A stretch of DNA of 64,000 nt, from the NCBI GenBank assembly GCA_943788875.1, contig CALSSA010000012.1:18855-82854 (forward strand), read 5' to 3'. This document shows positions 49,601-59,333 of this stretch, one piece after another. Each line of letters opens with the position of its first letter. Within the stretch, counting starts at the first letter, position 1. The notes under the pieces were generated by a model. The model searched no databases. It was not told the origin of the DNA and saw only the letters and a list, made by a program, of their open reading frames with translations. The translations under genes and the position numbers were made by a program. This DNA comes from an uncultured Pseudomonadales bacterium. Lineage in GTDB: Bacteria > Pseudomonadota > Gammaproteobacteria > Pseudomonadales > Porticoccaceae.

Positions 49601-52584
49601 TCGCTGTCGCCACCTGCTCTTAGCGCTAAGCCGACATGTTTGTCATGCAGCTCTGCAAGACGCGCATAAAACATCTCCAAACCCTCAGGTTGGAGTAGCT
49701 CTACCGCAGATTCTTCACTGACAGACATCTGCTCGAGTAGATGTCTAAAGAAAGTAATACCATCATTGATCAGAAAAATAATATCTTCATCAACATTAAT
49801 CTGATGGTTGTGCAGGTCTTTAACAAAGTCATCAAGGGGCGATATTAATTTGCTCAGGGCGCAAAATTGCGCCATATCAGATGTGCCATTTAATGTGTGC
49901 AACGCTCGCTGCAATGTCGATGTTGGCGGCTCATGAATTGGCTCTAGACCACGAGCTTGAATGAGATAATGATCTATAGAGCGAAGATGCACTTTCGCCT
50001 CATTAGTAAAGATATCTAATAGGATTTTTTCTTCATTTTCAGATTCAGAATCCGACAGGTCCTCAACAACTAGTGCAGGAATTTGAACAGCCTCCTGTGG
50101 CTCAGCCAATGGTGCCTGTTCCTCCGCCGGACTCTCTAACTCCGGCTCACTTAGGGGCTCAGTCGGTCCATCATGCTGCCCCTCTAATAGAGCTTGCAAG
50201 AGGTCTATTGCAGGCTCCTCTTTTGCAAGTCGCTCTGCTATCTCAATAATCCGCTGGCTTTCCTGCGCATTGGGCTGTGGTTTTTGACAGGCAAATGCAT
50301 CAACCAAAAGTGGCAGCCTCGCGATAGTGATTTCGACAATTTGGCTAAGACTAATGCCGCCGGAAATACGACCATCGAGAATCCGGTTCAACATATTTTC
50401 AATCGCCCATGCCAGATCTCCTATAGCGATAGCGCCTACCATTCTGCCGCTACCTTTTAAAGTATGGAATGAGCGGCGAATAACGGCTAGTGTCTCACTG
50501 TCTTCTGGCTGATTTGTCCACAGGGGAAATTTTGATTGCAGAGTCTCTATAACTTCTTGGGCTTCTTCGACAAAAATATCGATGATTTCACTATCTATTT
50601 CTGGGCTCTCGTCTGAAGCTGGCTCGGAGATTGGAGCTTGCTCTTGGTGTTGTTTGGCGCTATCTGATGAGTCGCTAATTTTTGCTTGCTCAGAGTCTTT
50701 TATTGTCTCAAGACTTTCCAACTGCTCAGGGCTGTTGGCTTGCTCAGGGCTGTTGGCTTGCTCAGGGCTGTTTGCTTGCTCAGGGTTGTTTACCGCTTCA
50801 ATGCTTTTTATCGGTTCAAGGCTATTTTCTGACTCGGGGCTGGTAACCTGCTCGGCGGGCAAACCCGATATCGTACTTTCCAATAACGCTTCAATGCTAC
50901 TCTCAGCACCAGCAAGAACACTGTCTTGATCGACATCCTCAATGGTGACTAGTTGTTCAAGATAATATTCTACAACGGTTATGGTGTCGGCAAAGATATC
51001 CAATGTATGCCATTCAATGACCGCTTCCTGATTGATCAGGGACTGCTGAACATAGATTCCACAGCCGTCCATAATCGCAGCTGCTCGCTGTAGACCAATA
51101 ATTTTTAAAGCACCAGACAGCTCATAAAACAGGGCTGGCAATGGCTTAACCAATTCTCGATCCCATTGGGAATTAATAAATTCAACTACGGATTCTTTAA
51201 TCCGCTCTATGCCGGTTCGAGTTTCCGATAAAAGAACTTCACTGGCGCGCTCCAGTTCATAATTATTTTTTTGATCATCGAGCTCTATTTCATCATCATA
51301 TTTTTCGGGATGCGCCGCCCAGGCATTTAAAATGGCGCTGACCTGAGTGAGACTATGGACTGATTCAGCAATCTTATGGTCATCAATCACGATGTTTGAA
51401 TTAAATATCGACTGCAATTGCTGCTCTATTGCATTGATCGCGTTCCTTAGTTTTCCCTGGCCTACCAGCGCTAGCGCATCGGACATATTGCGCAGGATGG
51501 GGAGGGTTTTGCACACGTCTTCAGAGGACAGGCCGCCCTCAACACTATATTGTTCCAGAGCAGATCGGACTGTATTTAGCTCCCCTTGAATAGCACTCAC
51601 CAATGAGCGAACTACTGCCGGATCATAACTCGGCGTTAGGCGATTAGACTCAGGGTCTATAACCCCTGATGGCAATGCGGCTTGCAGTTGAAACTGCTGC
51701 CACAGACTGCGTTGCTGCTCGGTCTCAGGTTTAACAACCATCAGGTAGTACAGCAGGTTTTTTATAAGGGCAGTATCCACAGGAGTAACGGCTCCGGCAC
51801 GGGCGTCGGATAATGTAATTTTTAATTGGGTATCCAGCGCACGAAATAGCTTTTTTAAGGCCATGGTAAAGTCGATTTTGCGAGTTGCCACCAGACCTAA
51901 CACCTGCTCAGCGATTAACCATAGATCCTGCCGCCAGGTGCCAGTGCAAAGCTCTTGCATACGTTGAAAGACTTTTTTCAAATTGTCCTGATGACTGTGA
52001 CGCTGCTCTTCTTTGATAAATTTGATCAAAGATATTTGATAGATCTGACGCAATCTTGTGACAAGATCTATATAGGCTTTTATGTTGTGGTTGTTATTTT
52101 CTGCTACCTTTTCCTCAATAGAAGAGAGGTCGGGTGAGAACAAAACTGATTCCGAAATCAATGTTCTTCCCTGAGCAGCACGGAGATCATTGAGTAGCAA
52201 AATCAATGATTCTGGCTGGTCTACTCTGGTAACTAAAACCTGACGAAGATAGATAGGCAAACGAATAATGGCCTGCACCAGTATTTCGCAGGCCTCAGGA
52301 ATATTAGACACTTGCCGATCAATAATCGCCTGAGTCAGAGCTTCCATTTCCTCGGCTAGTAAAATCAGGCCCTGACATTGCAAGATTTTAAAAGGACCAC
52401 TTATCTGGTGTAAATGACCCAAGCAAAAATGGATTTTTGTTTCGTCATCAAGATCCTGAGTAAAGGATTCAAGTTCATTAAAAGCTGATGTTAGATTTTT
52501 TTCAATGTCATCAATGAGCCATTCCAGCCCTTTGAATATCTGAACCTTTTGCTCCCTAGCCTTATCCATCTGAATGTCACTCAC
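46678..52584 (-). CDS. chpA: Hybrid chemosensory histidine kinase ChpA
   Basis: Several Hpt motifs (HTLKG), HMIRNAVDHGIE, DDGCG..SGRGVGMDVV HATPase, CheW domain, C-terminal receiver (LLDIEMPRMDG). Confidence 0.95.
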   Translation of the reverse strand: MSDIQMDKAREQKVQIFKGLEWLIDDIEKNLTSAFNELESFTQDLDDETKIHFCLGHLHQISGPFKILQCQGLILLAEEMEALTQAIIDRQVSNIPEACEILVQAIIRLPIYLRQVLVTRVDQPESLILLLNDLRAAQGRTLISESVLFSPDLSSIEEKVAENNNHNIKAYIDLVTRLRQIYQISLIKFIKEEQRHSHQDNLKKVFQRMQELCTGTWRQDLWLIAEQVLGLVATRKIDFTMALKKLFRALDTQLKITLSDARAGAVTPVDTALIKNLLYYLMVVKPETEQQRSLWQQFQLQAALPSGVIDPESNRLTPSYDPAVVRSLVSAIQGELNTVRSALEQYSVEGGLSSEDVCKTLPILRNMSDALALVGQGKLRNAINAIEQQLQSIFNSNIVIDDHKIAESVHSLTQVSAILNAWAAHPEKYDDEIELDDQKNNYELERASEVLLSETRTGIERIKESVVEFINSQWDRELVKPLPALFYELSGALKIIGLQRAAAIMDGCGIYVQQSLINQEAVIEWHTLDIFADTITVVEYYLEQLVTIEDVDQDSVLAGAESSIEALLESTISGLPAEQVTSPESENSLEPIKSIEAVNNPEQANSPEQANSPEQANSPEQLESLETIKDSEQAKISDSSDSAKQHQEQAPISEPASDESPEIDSEIIDIFVEEAQEVIETLQSKFPLWTNQPEDSETLAVIRRSFHTLKGSGRMVGAIAIGDLAWAIENMLNRILDGRISGGISLSQIVEITIARLPLLVDAFACQKPQPNAQESQRIIEIAERLAKEEPAIDLLQALLEGQHDGPTEPLSEPELESPAEEQAPLAEPQEAVQIPALVVEDLSDSESENEEKILLDIFTNEAKVHLRSIDHYLIQARGLEPIHEPPTSTLQRALHTLNGTSDMAQFCALSKLISPLDDFVKDLHNHQINVDEDIIFLINDGITFFRHLLEQMSVSEESAVELLQPEGLEMFYARLAELHDKHVGLALRAGGDSDRPRDMIVIKELMATGLTNLQNYLQLLQDLQKQTLAPVKIYQPLIADLQDILPTTDFPGLSELAGLLLDLYQTLSAATAVPPEDSYALLEHSHETLLNFFDMLAADQNVPELPREHSQALRQLIGQLPELMERVGSEELEERNEPAEHQENVAVAEQQVEGQSPPQQPESVASDQSGPQWVEQDLDQEIAAIFVEEVEDIINHLEESLHGWQKNPQEEKFPDRLKRDLHTLKGGARMAGFNAIGQYSHDFETLIDSTDKPGPILFKQLENSQERLSNSYDIARSIVAGRSLAQLSEQIAALESKYLEAEKAPAKKLESELLPTGGMPEKGSSDSDTKPRADSSKASNSQIEIKEVVRIGSETLDTLVNLSGENIIFRGRVEEQVSEFNYSLDEMDATILRLQEQVRRLGTETEAQIDYRREKIEALGEADSFDPLEMDRYSHLQQLSGSLLESASDLYDLKETLADKLVGTESLLIHQSRINTDLQEGLMQTRMVPFSRIVPRLRRIVRQVGLELDKQVQLSMDSIHGEMDRSVLDLMVAPLEHMIRNAVDHGIEAEKQRKKAKKPSVGTISITTYRQGGDIVINLADDGCGLDIERIKALAIEKELMHKNALLSDHEIAQFIFYPGFTTADSVSEISGRGVGMDVVSSQVRQLGGSVNIDSSKGQGTQFTVVLPFTLSVNRALMIKVAGDHYALSLNSIDGVHFMSPDSLRKAVANDGNIHYGGRDYEFQYLGSLLNKDLEHGLDKLTDSVALVLFHSDNRYFAAQVDGIIGTQEIVVKSLGAQFSMVPGLGGATILSDGRVLVIIDLNELARVAISDGELLSNTESSSIDLQNDSADVNREKVASGDNGPLILVVDDSVTVRKVTSRILKRYGYGVATAKDGIEAMKHLQEEVPELMLLDIEMPRMDGFEVAARVRASESLKHLPIIMITSRTGDKHRQRAMEIGVNQYMGKPYQEEQLLDAIDELLAVQDS
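50723..50790. repeat. 18-bp tandem repeat (about 3.8 copies) within chpA, encoding EQANSP
   Basis: TGCTCAGGGCTGTTGGCT x2, then two slightly diverged copies. Confidence 0.93.
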
Positions 52585-53517
52585 TCAGCATCTCCTTTTG
52601 GCCTGCTCTAAAGCAAACCCAGTGATAATCTCTTCTCTAGGCTTGGCAGTCTCTTCCTGTGCGGTTCGCACCTTATAGGCCTGCACTGTTTTCGGCACAG
52701 TGCGCTCCAATCCCGGCGGCACCCATATTCCTAACTCGCCCAGCCCGACCAACATATGTCCATCCGGCTGGAGATGACTTATCAGTTTGGTAATAATCTC
52801 GCGACGCTGCCAGCGACGAAAATAAACCAACATGTTCTGGCAGTAAATCAAATCCATTTTGCGCCGTACCATTGGTGATTTGTCATCGAGAATATTGCTA
52901 CTTAAGAAACAAATATGGCGTCGCAGATTGTCTTTGACTCTGTAGTTGTGGTCGTCTACCTGATCAAAATATTTGTCCTTCAGCACTGCGGATATACAAG
53001 TCAATTTTTTTGCAGCATAAATTCCACGGCGGGCTTCGCCGATCGCTTTGCGGCTAATATCTGTTGCCACAATACCAAAAGCGGCTTTCCTACCTCTGCG
53101 TTCCATGGCTTGCTTGACCACAATAGCCAGGCTGTAGGCCTCTTCACCAGAGGCACATCCGATGCTCCACAACCAGATGGGTCGCCGCCGCTTAGATTTG
53201 GCTTTTATATTTCGCTCAATCCAATTCTCAACATATCCCAATGAGGGCGGATGACGGAAAAAACTGGTTTCTTTAATCAGCAAGCTATCCACTAACTGAC
53301 TCCATTCTCCAGCACCTTTTGCGTCATCAAGAGAGTCGGCAAAATAGTCCTTTACATCTTCATAGTGCAGTTCGTCCATCCGCCGACTTAGCAAACTCAC
53401 AAGTGCATTTTCTCGATCTGCAGTTATGCGCACGCCAGTACGCTGCTCAATCGTTTTTTTCCATAACCAAAACGATTGGTCGTTATTGCACGCAATACTA
53501 TTGCTGTTTATCACCAT
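52585..53517 (-). CDS. pilK: CheR-type methyltransferase PilK
   Basis: ETSFFRH, WSIGCASGEEAYSLA, ATDIS, IYCQNMLVYF. Confidence 0.92.
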   Translation of the reverse strand: MVINSNSIACNNDQSFWLWKKTIEQRTGVRITADRENALVSLLSRRMDELHYEDVKDYFADSLDDAKGAGEWSQLVDSLLIKETSFFRHPPSLGYVENWIERNIKAKSKRRRPIWLWSIGCASGEEAYSLAIVVKQAMERRGRKAAFGIVATDISRKAIGEARRGIYAAKKLTCISAVLKDKYFDQVDDHNYRVKDNLRRHICFLSSNILDDKSPMVRRKMDLIYCQNMLVYFRRWQRREIITKLISHLQPDGHMLVGLGELGIWVPPGLERTVPKTVQAYKVRTAQEETAKPREEIITGFALEQAKRRC

Positions 53518-53545
53518 AACTTTTCCTGTGTTATTGGGTGACTAA

Positions 53546-55852
53546 CTAGCGCTGCTTTTCACTGTCAGTTAACAGTGCTTCTATTTCAGCCTCAAATTCC
53601 TCAAGATGAAATGGGTCCTCATCATCACTGTCTTCACTGCCCCTATTCCTAGCCTCAGATGACTGTTCGTCGAGCATGCCTCTTTCAATATCCTGATCTG
53701 GACTTTGCTCGTAAACCGGGTTAGCCAAGTCAGTGTCGTCATCTTCTACCCTCAGTTCCTCGCTGTCCTCAACTGAGGCTTGCATAAGATCTTCTATACC
53801 CAGATGATCATCCTCAGTAGTCGTGGATTCAGTCTCCTCGGCCGAGGAGTCCTCAGGCAAAATAAAGCCTGTGATGGATTCGCGCATCTCGACAGCCATA
53901 TCCGCAAGATCACCAATGGATGCTGCAGTATCATTAGTGCCTGACAATGTTTGCGAGGTAATTTCCTGAATCACATTCATGGTGTTGGAAATATGCGAGG
54001 AGGTGGTTGCCTGATGTTTAGCTGCTTCAGAAATATCTTGAATCAATTCGGCAAGGTTAGTAGATACTGTTTCAATCTCTTCCAGAGCAACCCCAGCACT
54101 GTTGGCCAGTTCAGCTCCCTTAACCACCTCAGCTGTGGTTTGCTCCATCGATGCCACCGCCTCATGGGTGTCGTTCTGAATTGTCTTTACCAACCCAGCA
54201 ATCTGCTTGGTGGCTGTTGCGGAACGCTCTGCAAGGCGTTGAACCTCATCCGCAACGACTGCAAATCCGCGGCCAGCTTCACCTGCCATAGCAGCCTGAA
54301 TGGCCGCATTCAGTGCCAAAATATTAGTCTGATCGGCAATTTCATTGATCAGCGATACTATGTCACCAATCTCCTGCGAGCTTTCACCAAGACGTTTAAT
54401 ACGCTTTGAAGTATCCTGAATCTGCTCACGGATGGTGTCCATGCCATCAATGGTATTGCGCACCACAGTGGTACCATTCTTGGCGATAGATACCGACCGT
54501 TCAGCAACAGCAGCAGACTCAGCAGAGTTAGATGAAACCTGATCAATAGTAATAGCCATCTCGTTAATCGCTGCAGATACTCCAGCAATTTCCTGAGCCT
54601 GATGCTCGGCACTCTCAGCTAACTGCAACGAGGTGGAGCGGCTAGTATCTGTGGAGCTTGCCACTTTTTCTGAAGTAGTTGCGACGTTTTGCACCAGACT
54701 GCGCAATTCGGCAATAGCGAAGTTAATCGAGTCGGCGATCGTTCCGGTGAAGTCTTCTGTCACTGTTGCTTCGACCGTCAGATCACCATCCGCTAAATCA
54801 GAGATATCATCGAGTAATGTCAGTATCGCCTGTTGGTTTTTGTCCTTAACCAATTCGGCTTCGATCAAATTGCGTCTGGTGCTGGTATAGATAATGAGGC
54901 CTAGCAGAACTAGTGAGGCCATAAAACCGGCGACGGCGAGCAGCGTGGTATTGTTATTGAAAATGCGTTTCTCGGAAAGGTTCAAGTCACTGATTGTATC
55001 GTCTAGCCTATCGAGATTGGTTAATAGTGCCGGAACATTATTGACGAGTTCATTGGCTGAATTCTGTGCTATCGAAAGTTCATCAGCAGATTCGTGGATA
55101 CGTTCAATTTCGTTGGAAACTATATTAAAAGACTGCTCAATTTCATTAATACTGTCCAAGGCGTTTTGATCTGTGACCTTTGATATGCCAAGAATAAAAT
55201 TTCCGTTCTTCATGGCATCCAGAGTATCGCGGAATATATTACTATCATTTTTAAATTGATCAGCCGCCACATTTGCGTCTTCGCTACCGGCAATCATCTT
55301 GTCGATATTTCGACCAATGCGCTCAATTAACCAGAGCTGCTCTTGAGCAATAACGATCTGGCCAGAGGGGGCAGAGCGCGAAATAAGGGCATCGACGACC
55401 TGCTCTGAGTTATCTTGCAGCAAAGGGAGTTTGTCATTTAGCTCTTTGGCAACTGTTGATACAAATAGAACGATTTCACGGTTGTCGCTAAGAGACTGAA
55501 GATCCTGTCTCACTAGATCCCAGCTTTTGGAAACAGACTGGACCTGAGTACCGGAAACCTCGCCCTGTTTAACCAGTCTGTTTTTTAAACCGATCCATCC
55601 ATTATTCATCTGCGCATTTAAAGTAGTCAGGCTATCAAATGCCTGTTCGCCTCCAGCGCTGGCATTGCGAGCCAGCTGGGTAATTCGTAGCGACTTTACT
55701 CGGAGATTGGCAACTGCCTGAATATTATTCTGATCATCCCGCGCTGTGTTGCTGACTTTAAAGCCACTGTATCCAGCAACTAACATGCAGGCGAGGCCCA
55801 ATAAAATAATTAGATTTCTAAAAAATGTCCGCTTACCTGTTCCCTTGCTCAT
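53546..55852 (-). CDS. pilJ: Methyl-accepting chemotaxis protein PilJ
   Basis: Two TM segments, [54 protein letters not shown]; start 55852 or 55864. Confidence 0.95.
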   Translation of the reverse strand: MSKGTGKRTFFRNLIILLGLACMLVAGYSGFKVSNTARDDQNNIQAVANLRVKSLRITQLARNASAGGEQAFDSLTTLNAQMNNGWIGLKNRLVKQGEVSGTQVQSVSKSWDLVRQDLQSLSDNREIVLFVSTVAKELNDKLPLLQDNSEQVVDALISRSAPSGQIVIAQEQLWLIERIGRNIDKMIAGSEDANVAADQFKNDSNIFRDTLDAMKNGNFILGISKVTDQNALDSINEIEQSFNIVSNEIERIHESADELSIAQNSANELVNNVPALLTNLDRLDDTISDLNLSEKRIFNNNTTLLAVAGFMASLVLLGLIIYTSTRRNLIEAELVKDKNQQAILTLLDDISDLADGDLTVEATVTEDFTGTIADSINFAIAELRSLVQNVATTSEKVASSTDTSRSTSLQLAESAEHQAQEIAGVSAAINEMAITIDQVSSNSAESAAVAERSVSIAKNGTTVVRNTIDGMDTIREQIQDTSKRIKRLGESSQEIGDIVSLINEIADQTNILALNAAIQAAMAGEAGRGFAVVADEVQRLAERSATATKQIAGLVKTIQNDTHEAVASMEQTTAEVVKGAELANSAGVALEEIETVSTNLAELIQDISEAAKHQATTSSHISNTMNVIQEITSQTLSGTNDTAASIGDLADMAVEMRESITGFILPEDSSAEETESTTTEDDHLGIEDLMQASVEDSEELRVEDDDTDLANPVYEQSPDQDIERGMLDEQSSEARNRGSEDSDDEDPFHLEEFEAEIEALLTDSEKQR

Positions 55853-55893
55853 GCCATCCTCCAAGTTGATGCTGTGATACTCCTAATCGACGT

Positions 55894-56427
55894 CTAGGCA
55901 GATACGCTCATAAAATCATGATCTTCCATTAGTCGCTGGGGTCGAAATAATTCAAATGTCTGCTCTTGCACCACAAACCTGCCATCGATAAAGCTGCCCA
56001 GAGGGCCTGTTTCACTGGCGGGCTGGTAGCTGTCCACAGGCAGGGCTTTGATGCCCAGTACCTGATCGACAATAATGCCTAAATAGGTGCCAGCGATATC
56101 GAAGACCAACACTCTGTGAGCGCTGCTGACTCCGCTGTGCTGTCGCCCTAGAAATTTTGCAAAATCTATGACGGGTAGTAACCGTCCGCGCACATTGGCC
56201 ACCCCCAACACCCAGGGTTTGACTCTGGGCAGTTTGGTACATTTGGGCACTTCCAATACTTCACTGATGTCGCTAAGAGGGACAACATATTCCATATCAA
56301 ACAGACAAAAGCCGATCAGCTTCTCTGTTTCGGCAATTTTTTTCTGTGCCGGAAGCCCATAGTCCGACGTACCGAAGCGCTGGACAACCTTGCTAATGAT
56401 GGAAAAAATTTCCTTTCCCTCGGACAT
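55894..56427 (-). CDS. pilI: CheW-like adaptor PilI
   Basis: LPRVKPWVLGVANVRGRLLPVID. Confidence 0.92.
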   Translation of the reverse strand: MSEGKEIFSIISKVVQRFGTSDYGLPAQKKIAETEKLIGFCLFDMEYVVPLSDISEVLEVPKCTKLPRVKPWVLGVANVRGRLLPVIDFAKFLGRQHSGVSSAHRVLVFDIAGTYLGIIVDQVLGIKALPVDSYQPASETGPLGSFIDGRFVVQEQTFELFRPQRLMEDHDFMSVSA

Positions 56428-56439
56428 CTTATGCAACCT

Positions 56440-56802
56440 CTACGCTAAAACTTCGTCAATAGCGGTCACCAACTGCTTCTCGTCGATGGGCTTAACTAAA
56501 TAGGCTCTGGCACCCTGCCTCTCAGCCCAAACCTGATCGGCCTGTTGATTTTTAGCAGTCACAATAATGACCGGGATATGCTTGGTTTCTGTCCCGCGAC
56601 TGAGTTGTCTGGTGGCCTGAAAGCCATTGAGTCCGGGCATAACTATATCCATCAACACTACATCCGGCTGCTCTGATTTCGCCAGATTAATGCCCTGCTC
56701 TCCGGATTCGGCAGACAACACCAAATGATCATTGCGCTCAAGTATATTGGTTAATTTGTATGTCTCTGTGGGACTGTCATCTACTATTAGTATCTTCGCC
56801 AT
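56440..56802 (-). CDS. pilH: Single-domain response regulator PilH
   Basis: ILIVDDSPTE, LMDIVMPGLNGFQATRQL; GGAGG SD. Confidence 0.93.
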   Translation of the reverse strand: MAKILIVDDSPTETYKLTNILERNDHLVLSAESGEQGINLAKSEQPDVVLMDIVMPGLNGFQATRQLSRGTETKHIPVIIVTAKNQQADQVWAERQGARAYLVKPIDEKQLVTAIDEVLA

Positions 56803-56865
56803 CTCACCCAACCTCCTGTCTGATTTGCTATTAAATACTGCTACCCAAAAACTGCTAGATAGATC

Positions 56866-57249
56866 CTAATTTTCATGCTCGACATAGCGCTCCAGCGCAT
56901 CAAGCAACTCTGCGCGCCCAAAGGGTTTGGTCAGATAATCATCGGCACCCACTATCCGTCCCTTGGCCTTATCAAACAGGCCATCTTTACTCGATAGCAT
57001 GATGACCGGAGTGGATTTGAACTCATCATTGTTTTTGATTAATGCGCAGGTCTGATAACCATCGAGACGGGGCATCATGATGTCGATAAATATGACATCT
57101 GGTTTGATATCGACGATTTTGGCTAATGAATCAAAACCGTCGGAGGCGGTCGCCACATCACAGCCGGCTTTTGCCAGCAGCGTTTCTGCGGTACGTCTGA
57201 TAGTATTACTGTCGTCTATGACGAGCACTTTGAGGCCCTGAACATCCAT
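56866..57249 (-). CDS. pilG: Single-domain response regulator PilG
   Basis: VIDDSNTIRRTAETLL, DIMMPRLDGYQTCALIK, SSKDGLFDKAKGR. Confidence 0.95.
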   Translation of the reverse strand: MDVQGLKVLVIDDSNTIRRTAETLLAKAGCDVATASDGFDSLAKIVDIKPDVIFIDIMMPRLDGYQTCALIKNNDEFKSTPVIMLSSKDGLFDKAKGRIVGADDYLTKPFGRAELLDALERYVEHEN

Positions 57250-57325
57250 TTTTTTCACCAAAATTAAAACCACTTAACGCCTTAAGTACTGCCAATATCA
57301 CTCAAGTTATGGAATTTTAAACACA

Positions 57326-57347
57326 GTTGTAATATATAATCTACAAC
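57326..57347. promoter_or_regulatory. Inverted repeat in the pilG/gshB divergent promoter region
   Basis: GTTGTA-N10(AT-rich)-TACAAC. Confidence 0.35.
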
Positions 57348-57461
57348 CCTCTATTTTTATTAATTTTTTTGCTTGCTAGCTCACAGATTTTGAGAGCATT
57401 AACCCTATAGCTAATTGCCATAGATAGTTATAGTGCAAAAATCACTACAAGGCGGTCATTT

Positions 57462-58409
57462 ATGGGTAAATCTCTCGGCGTCGTAATGGACCCAATTTCA
57501 TCAATCAATTACAACAAAGACACCACTTTGGCTCTGCTGCTTGCAGCTCAACGCCGTGGTTATAAATTATTTTATATAGAACAGCAGCATTTATTCCTCG
57601 AAAATGGTCATCCGCGGGCAGAGGTTCGGCCCCTGAAGGTGACGGAAAATCCGTTTAAATGGTATGAGCTGGAGGAAGCTAGCTCTATTCCCCTCGACGA
57701 GCTAGATGCTGTGCTGATGCGCAAGGATCCGCCCTTTGATGCGGAGTTTATCTACTCCACCTATATTCTTGAGGCTGCTGAACGACGGGGCACATTAATC
57801 GTAAACAAACCCCAGAGTCTGCGCGACTGCAATGAAAAAGTATTTGCTACGGAATTCCCCGAATGCACCCCCCCTCTATTGGTGAGCAGAGACGAACGGC
57901 GACTGAAAAAATTCCTCGCAGAGCATTTAGATGTGGTCTTTAAACCTCTGGATGGCATGGGGGGCACATCTATTTTCCGCGTCAAACAGGGTGATCAGAA
58001 CCTTAATGTCATTCTGGAAACCCTGACAAAGAATGGCAGTGAAACCATTATGGCGCAGAAGTATCTGTCTGAAATTACTACTGGGGATAAACGGATTTTG
58101 GTTGTTGATGGCGAAGTGATTCCTTATTGCCTGGCGCGTATTCCTGCTGATGGCGAATTCCGCGGCAATCTAGCCGCAGGAGGCCATGGTCTGGTCCAGC
58201 CCCTCAGCGACCGCGATCGCTGGATTGCCGAGCAGATTGCCCCCACCTTAAAAGAGAAAGGGCTTATATTTGTTGGGCTGGATGTAATTGGCGATTATCT
58301 CACTGAAATCAATGTGACCAGCCCTACCTGTGTGCGTGAGATTGATAATGCTGAGGGCACCGGGATTGGCGAACTATTGTTGGACGCTATTGATGCCAAA
58401 CTCAATTAA
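57462..58409 (+). CDS. gshB: Glutathione synthetase
   Basis: VVMDPI, MRKDPPFD, NEKVF, KPLDGMGG, RGNLAAGG, EINVTSPT. Confidence 0.97.
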   Translation: MGKSLGVVMDPISSINYNKDTTLALLLAAQRRGYKLFYIEQQHLFLENGHPRAEVRPLKVTENPFKWYELEEASSIPLDELDAVLMRKDPPFDAEFIYSTYILEAAERRGTLIVNKPQSLRDCNEKVFATEFPECTPPLLVSRDERRLKKFLAEHLDVVFKPLDGMGGTSIFRVKQGDQNLNVILETLTKNGSETIMAQKYLSEITTGDKRILVVDGEVIPYCLARIPADGEFRGNLAAGGHGLVQPLSDRDRWIAEQIAPTLKEKGLIFVGLDVIGDYLTEINVTSPTCVREIDNAEGTGIGELLLDAIDAKLN

Positions 58410-58424
58410 GCCGATATCAGGCAG

Positions 58425-59276
58425 ATGCAACATTTGAGCGATAGCTCCTGGGACCAAAGCAGCCCGCGCTTAAGGGGCTCTTTCTCTTTGGCGTTGTTGC
58501 TGCATCTTGCACTGTTGCTGGGGCTTGGGTTTAGTGTTTCGCCAATATCAAATCCAGCCACTTCAATGGATGTGACTCTCGCTCAATATGCCAGTGATAA
58601 GGAGCCAAATGAAGCGGACTTTCTTGCACAGACTAATCAGCAGGGCAGCGGCGACAAGGATTCCAGGCTAGAAGCTAGCTCAGACTCACAGTCTGCACTT
58701 GAAGCGATTGAGCATGGCGGCACCCCCGCAGTCCACAGTATCGCTGAGCAAACTACCAGCAACAGATTACTTGCCAGACAAGCCACTGCGATCAATTTCA
58801 ATCGACTCGAACAGTCGGCTGAGGTACCGATAGAACAGCCTCAACCATTGCCCACAGAACATTCTGTGGGGGCGATCAGGGCCAAACTAGATAAGCTAAA
58901 GCAGGCCTATAGCAAGCTACCCAAAGTCTCACGGATGACCTCAGCGTCAACCAAGAGCGCGGATGAAGCGGCTTACATGCATTATTTTGAACAGCAAATT
59001 GAGCTGGTTGGCAATCTTAACTACCCGCGGGAAGCAAAAGCCAAACAGCTCTCCGGCATGGTACAACTGGTAGTGGTAATCGCTCCAGACGGCATGGTGA
59101 AGAAAATCAGTATAGCCAGCGGGTCTGGATCCAAGGTTCTGGATCAGGCGGCAGTGCGCTCCGTCAGGCATGCCTCTCCATTTCGAGCCTTTCCTTCAGA
59201 GCTGCGCGACCATGATGAAATCCATATAATTCGCACATGGCAGTATCAGGCCAACCAGCTATCAACATCTAAGTGA
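58425..59276 (+). CDS. tonB: Energy transducer TonB (TonB3-like position)
   Basis: N-terminal TM with SxxxH-like ALLLHLALL, C-terminal NYPREAK..SGSKVLDQAA TonB-C; gshB-tonB-yqgE synteny. Confidence 0.82.
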   Translation: MQHLSDSSWDQSSPRLRGSFSLALLLHLALLLGLGFSVSPISNPATSMDVTLAQYASDKEPNEADFLAQTNQQGSGDKDSRLEASSDSQSALEAIEHGGTPAVHSIAEQTTSNRLLARQATAINFNRLEQSAEVPIEQPQPLPTEHSVGAIRAKLDKLKQAYSKLPKVSRMTSASTKSADEAAYMHYFEQQIELVGNLNYPREAKAKQLSGMVQLVVVIAPDGMVKKISIASGSGSKVLDQAAVRSVRHASPFRAFPSELRDHDEIHIIRTWQYQANQLSTSK

Positions 59277-59333
59277 CAGACAATTTACCCACAAACCTTG
59301 AGTTTACAGCTCTGATCCCCCATATTTATAAGT

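Noticed and set aside
50723-50790. Tandem repeat considered as a CRISPR or mobile-element remnant
   Set aside because: No spacers, in-frame coding periodicity of 18 bp, and no cas or transposase genes in the window
57370-57385. Possible CRP/Vfr site TGCTT-GCTAGC-TCACA upstream of pilG
   Set aside because: Only one half-site matches TGTGA-N6-TCACA; too weak to call without a matrix or binding data
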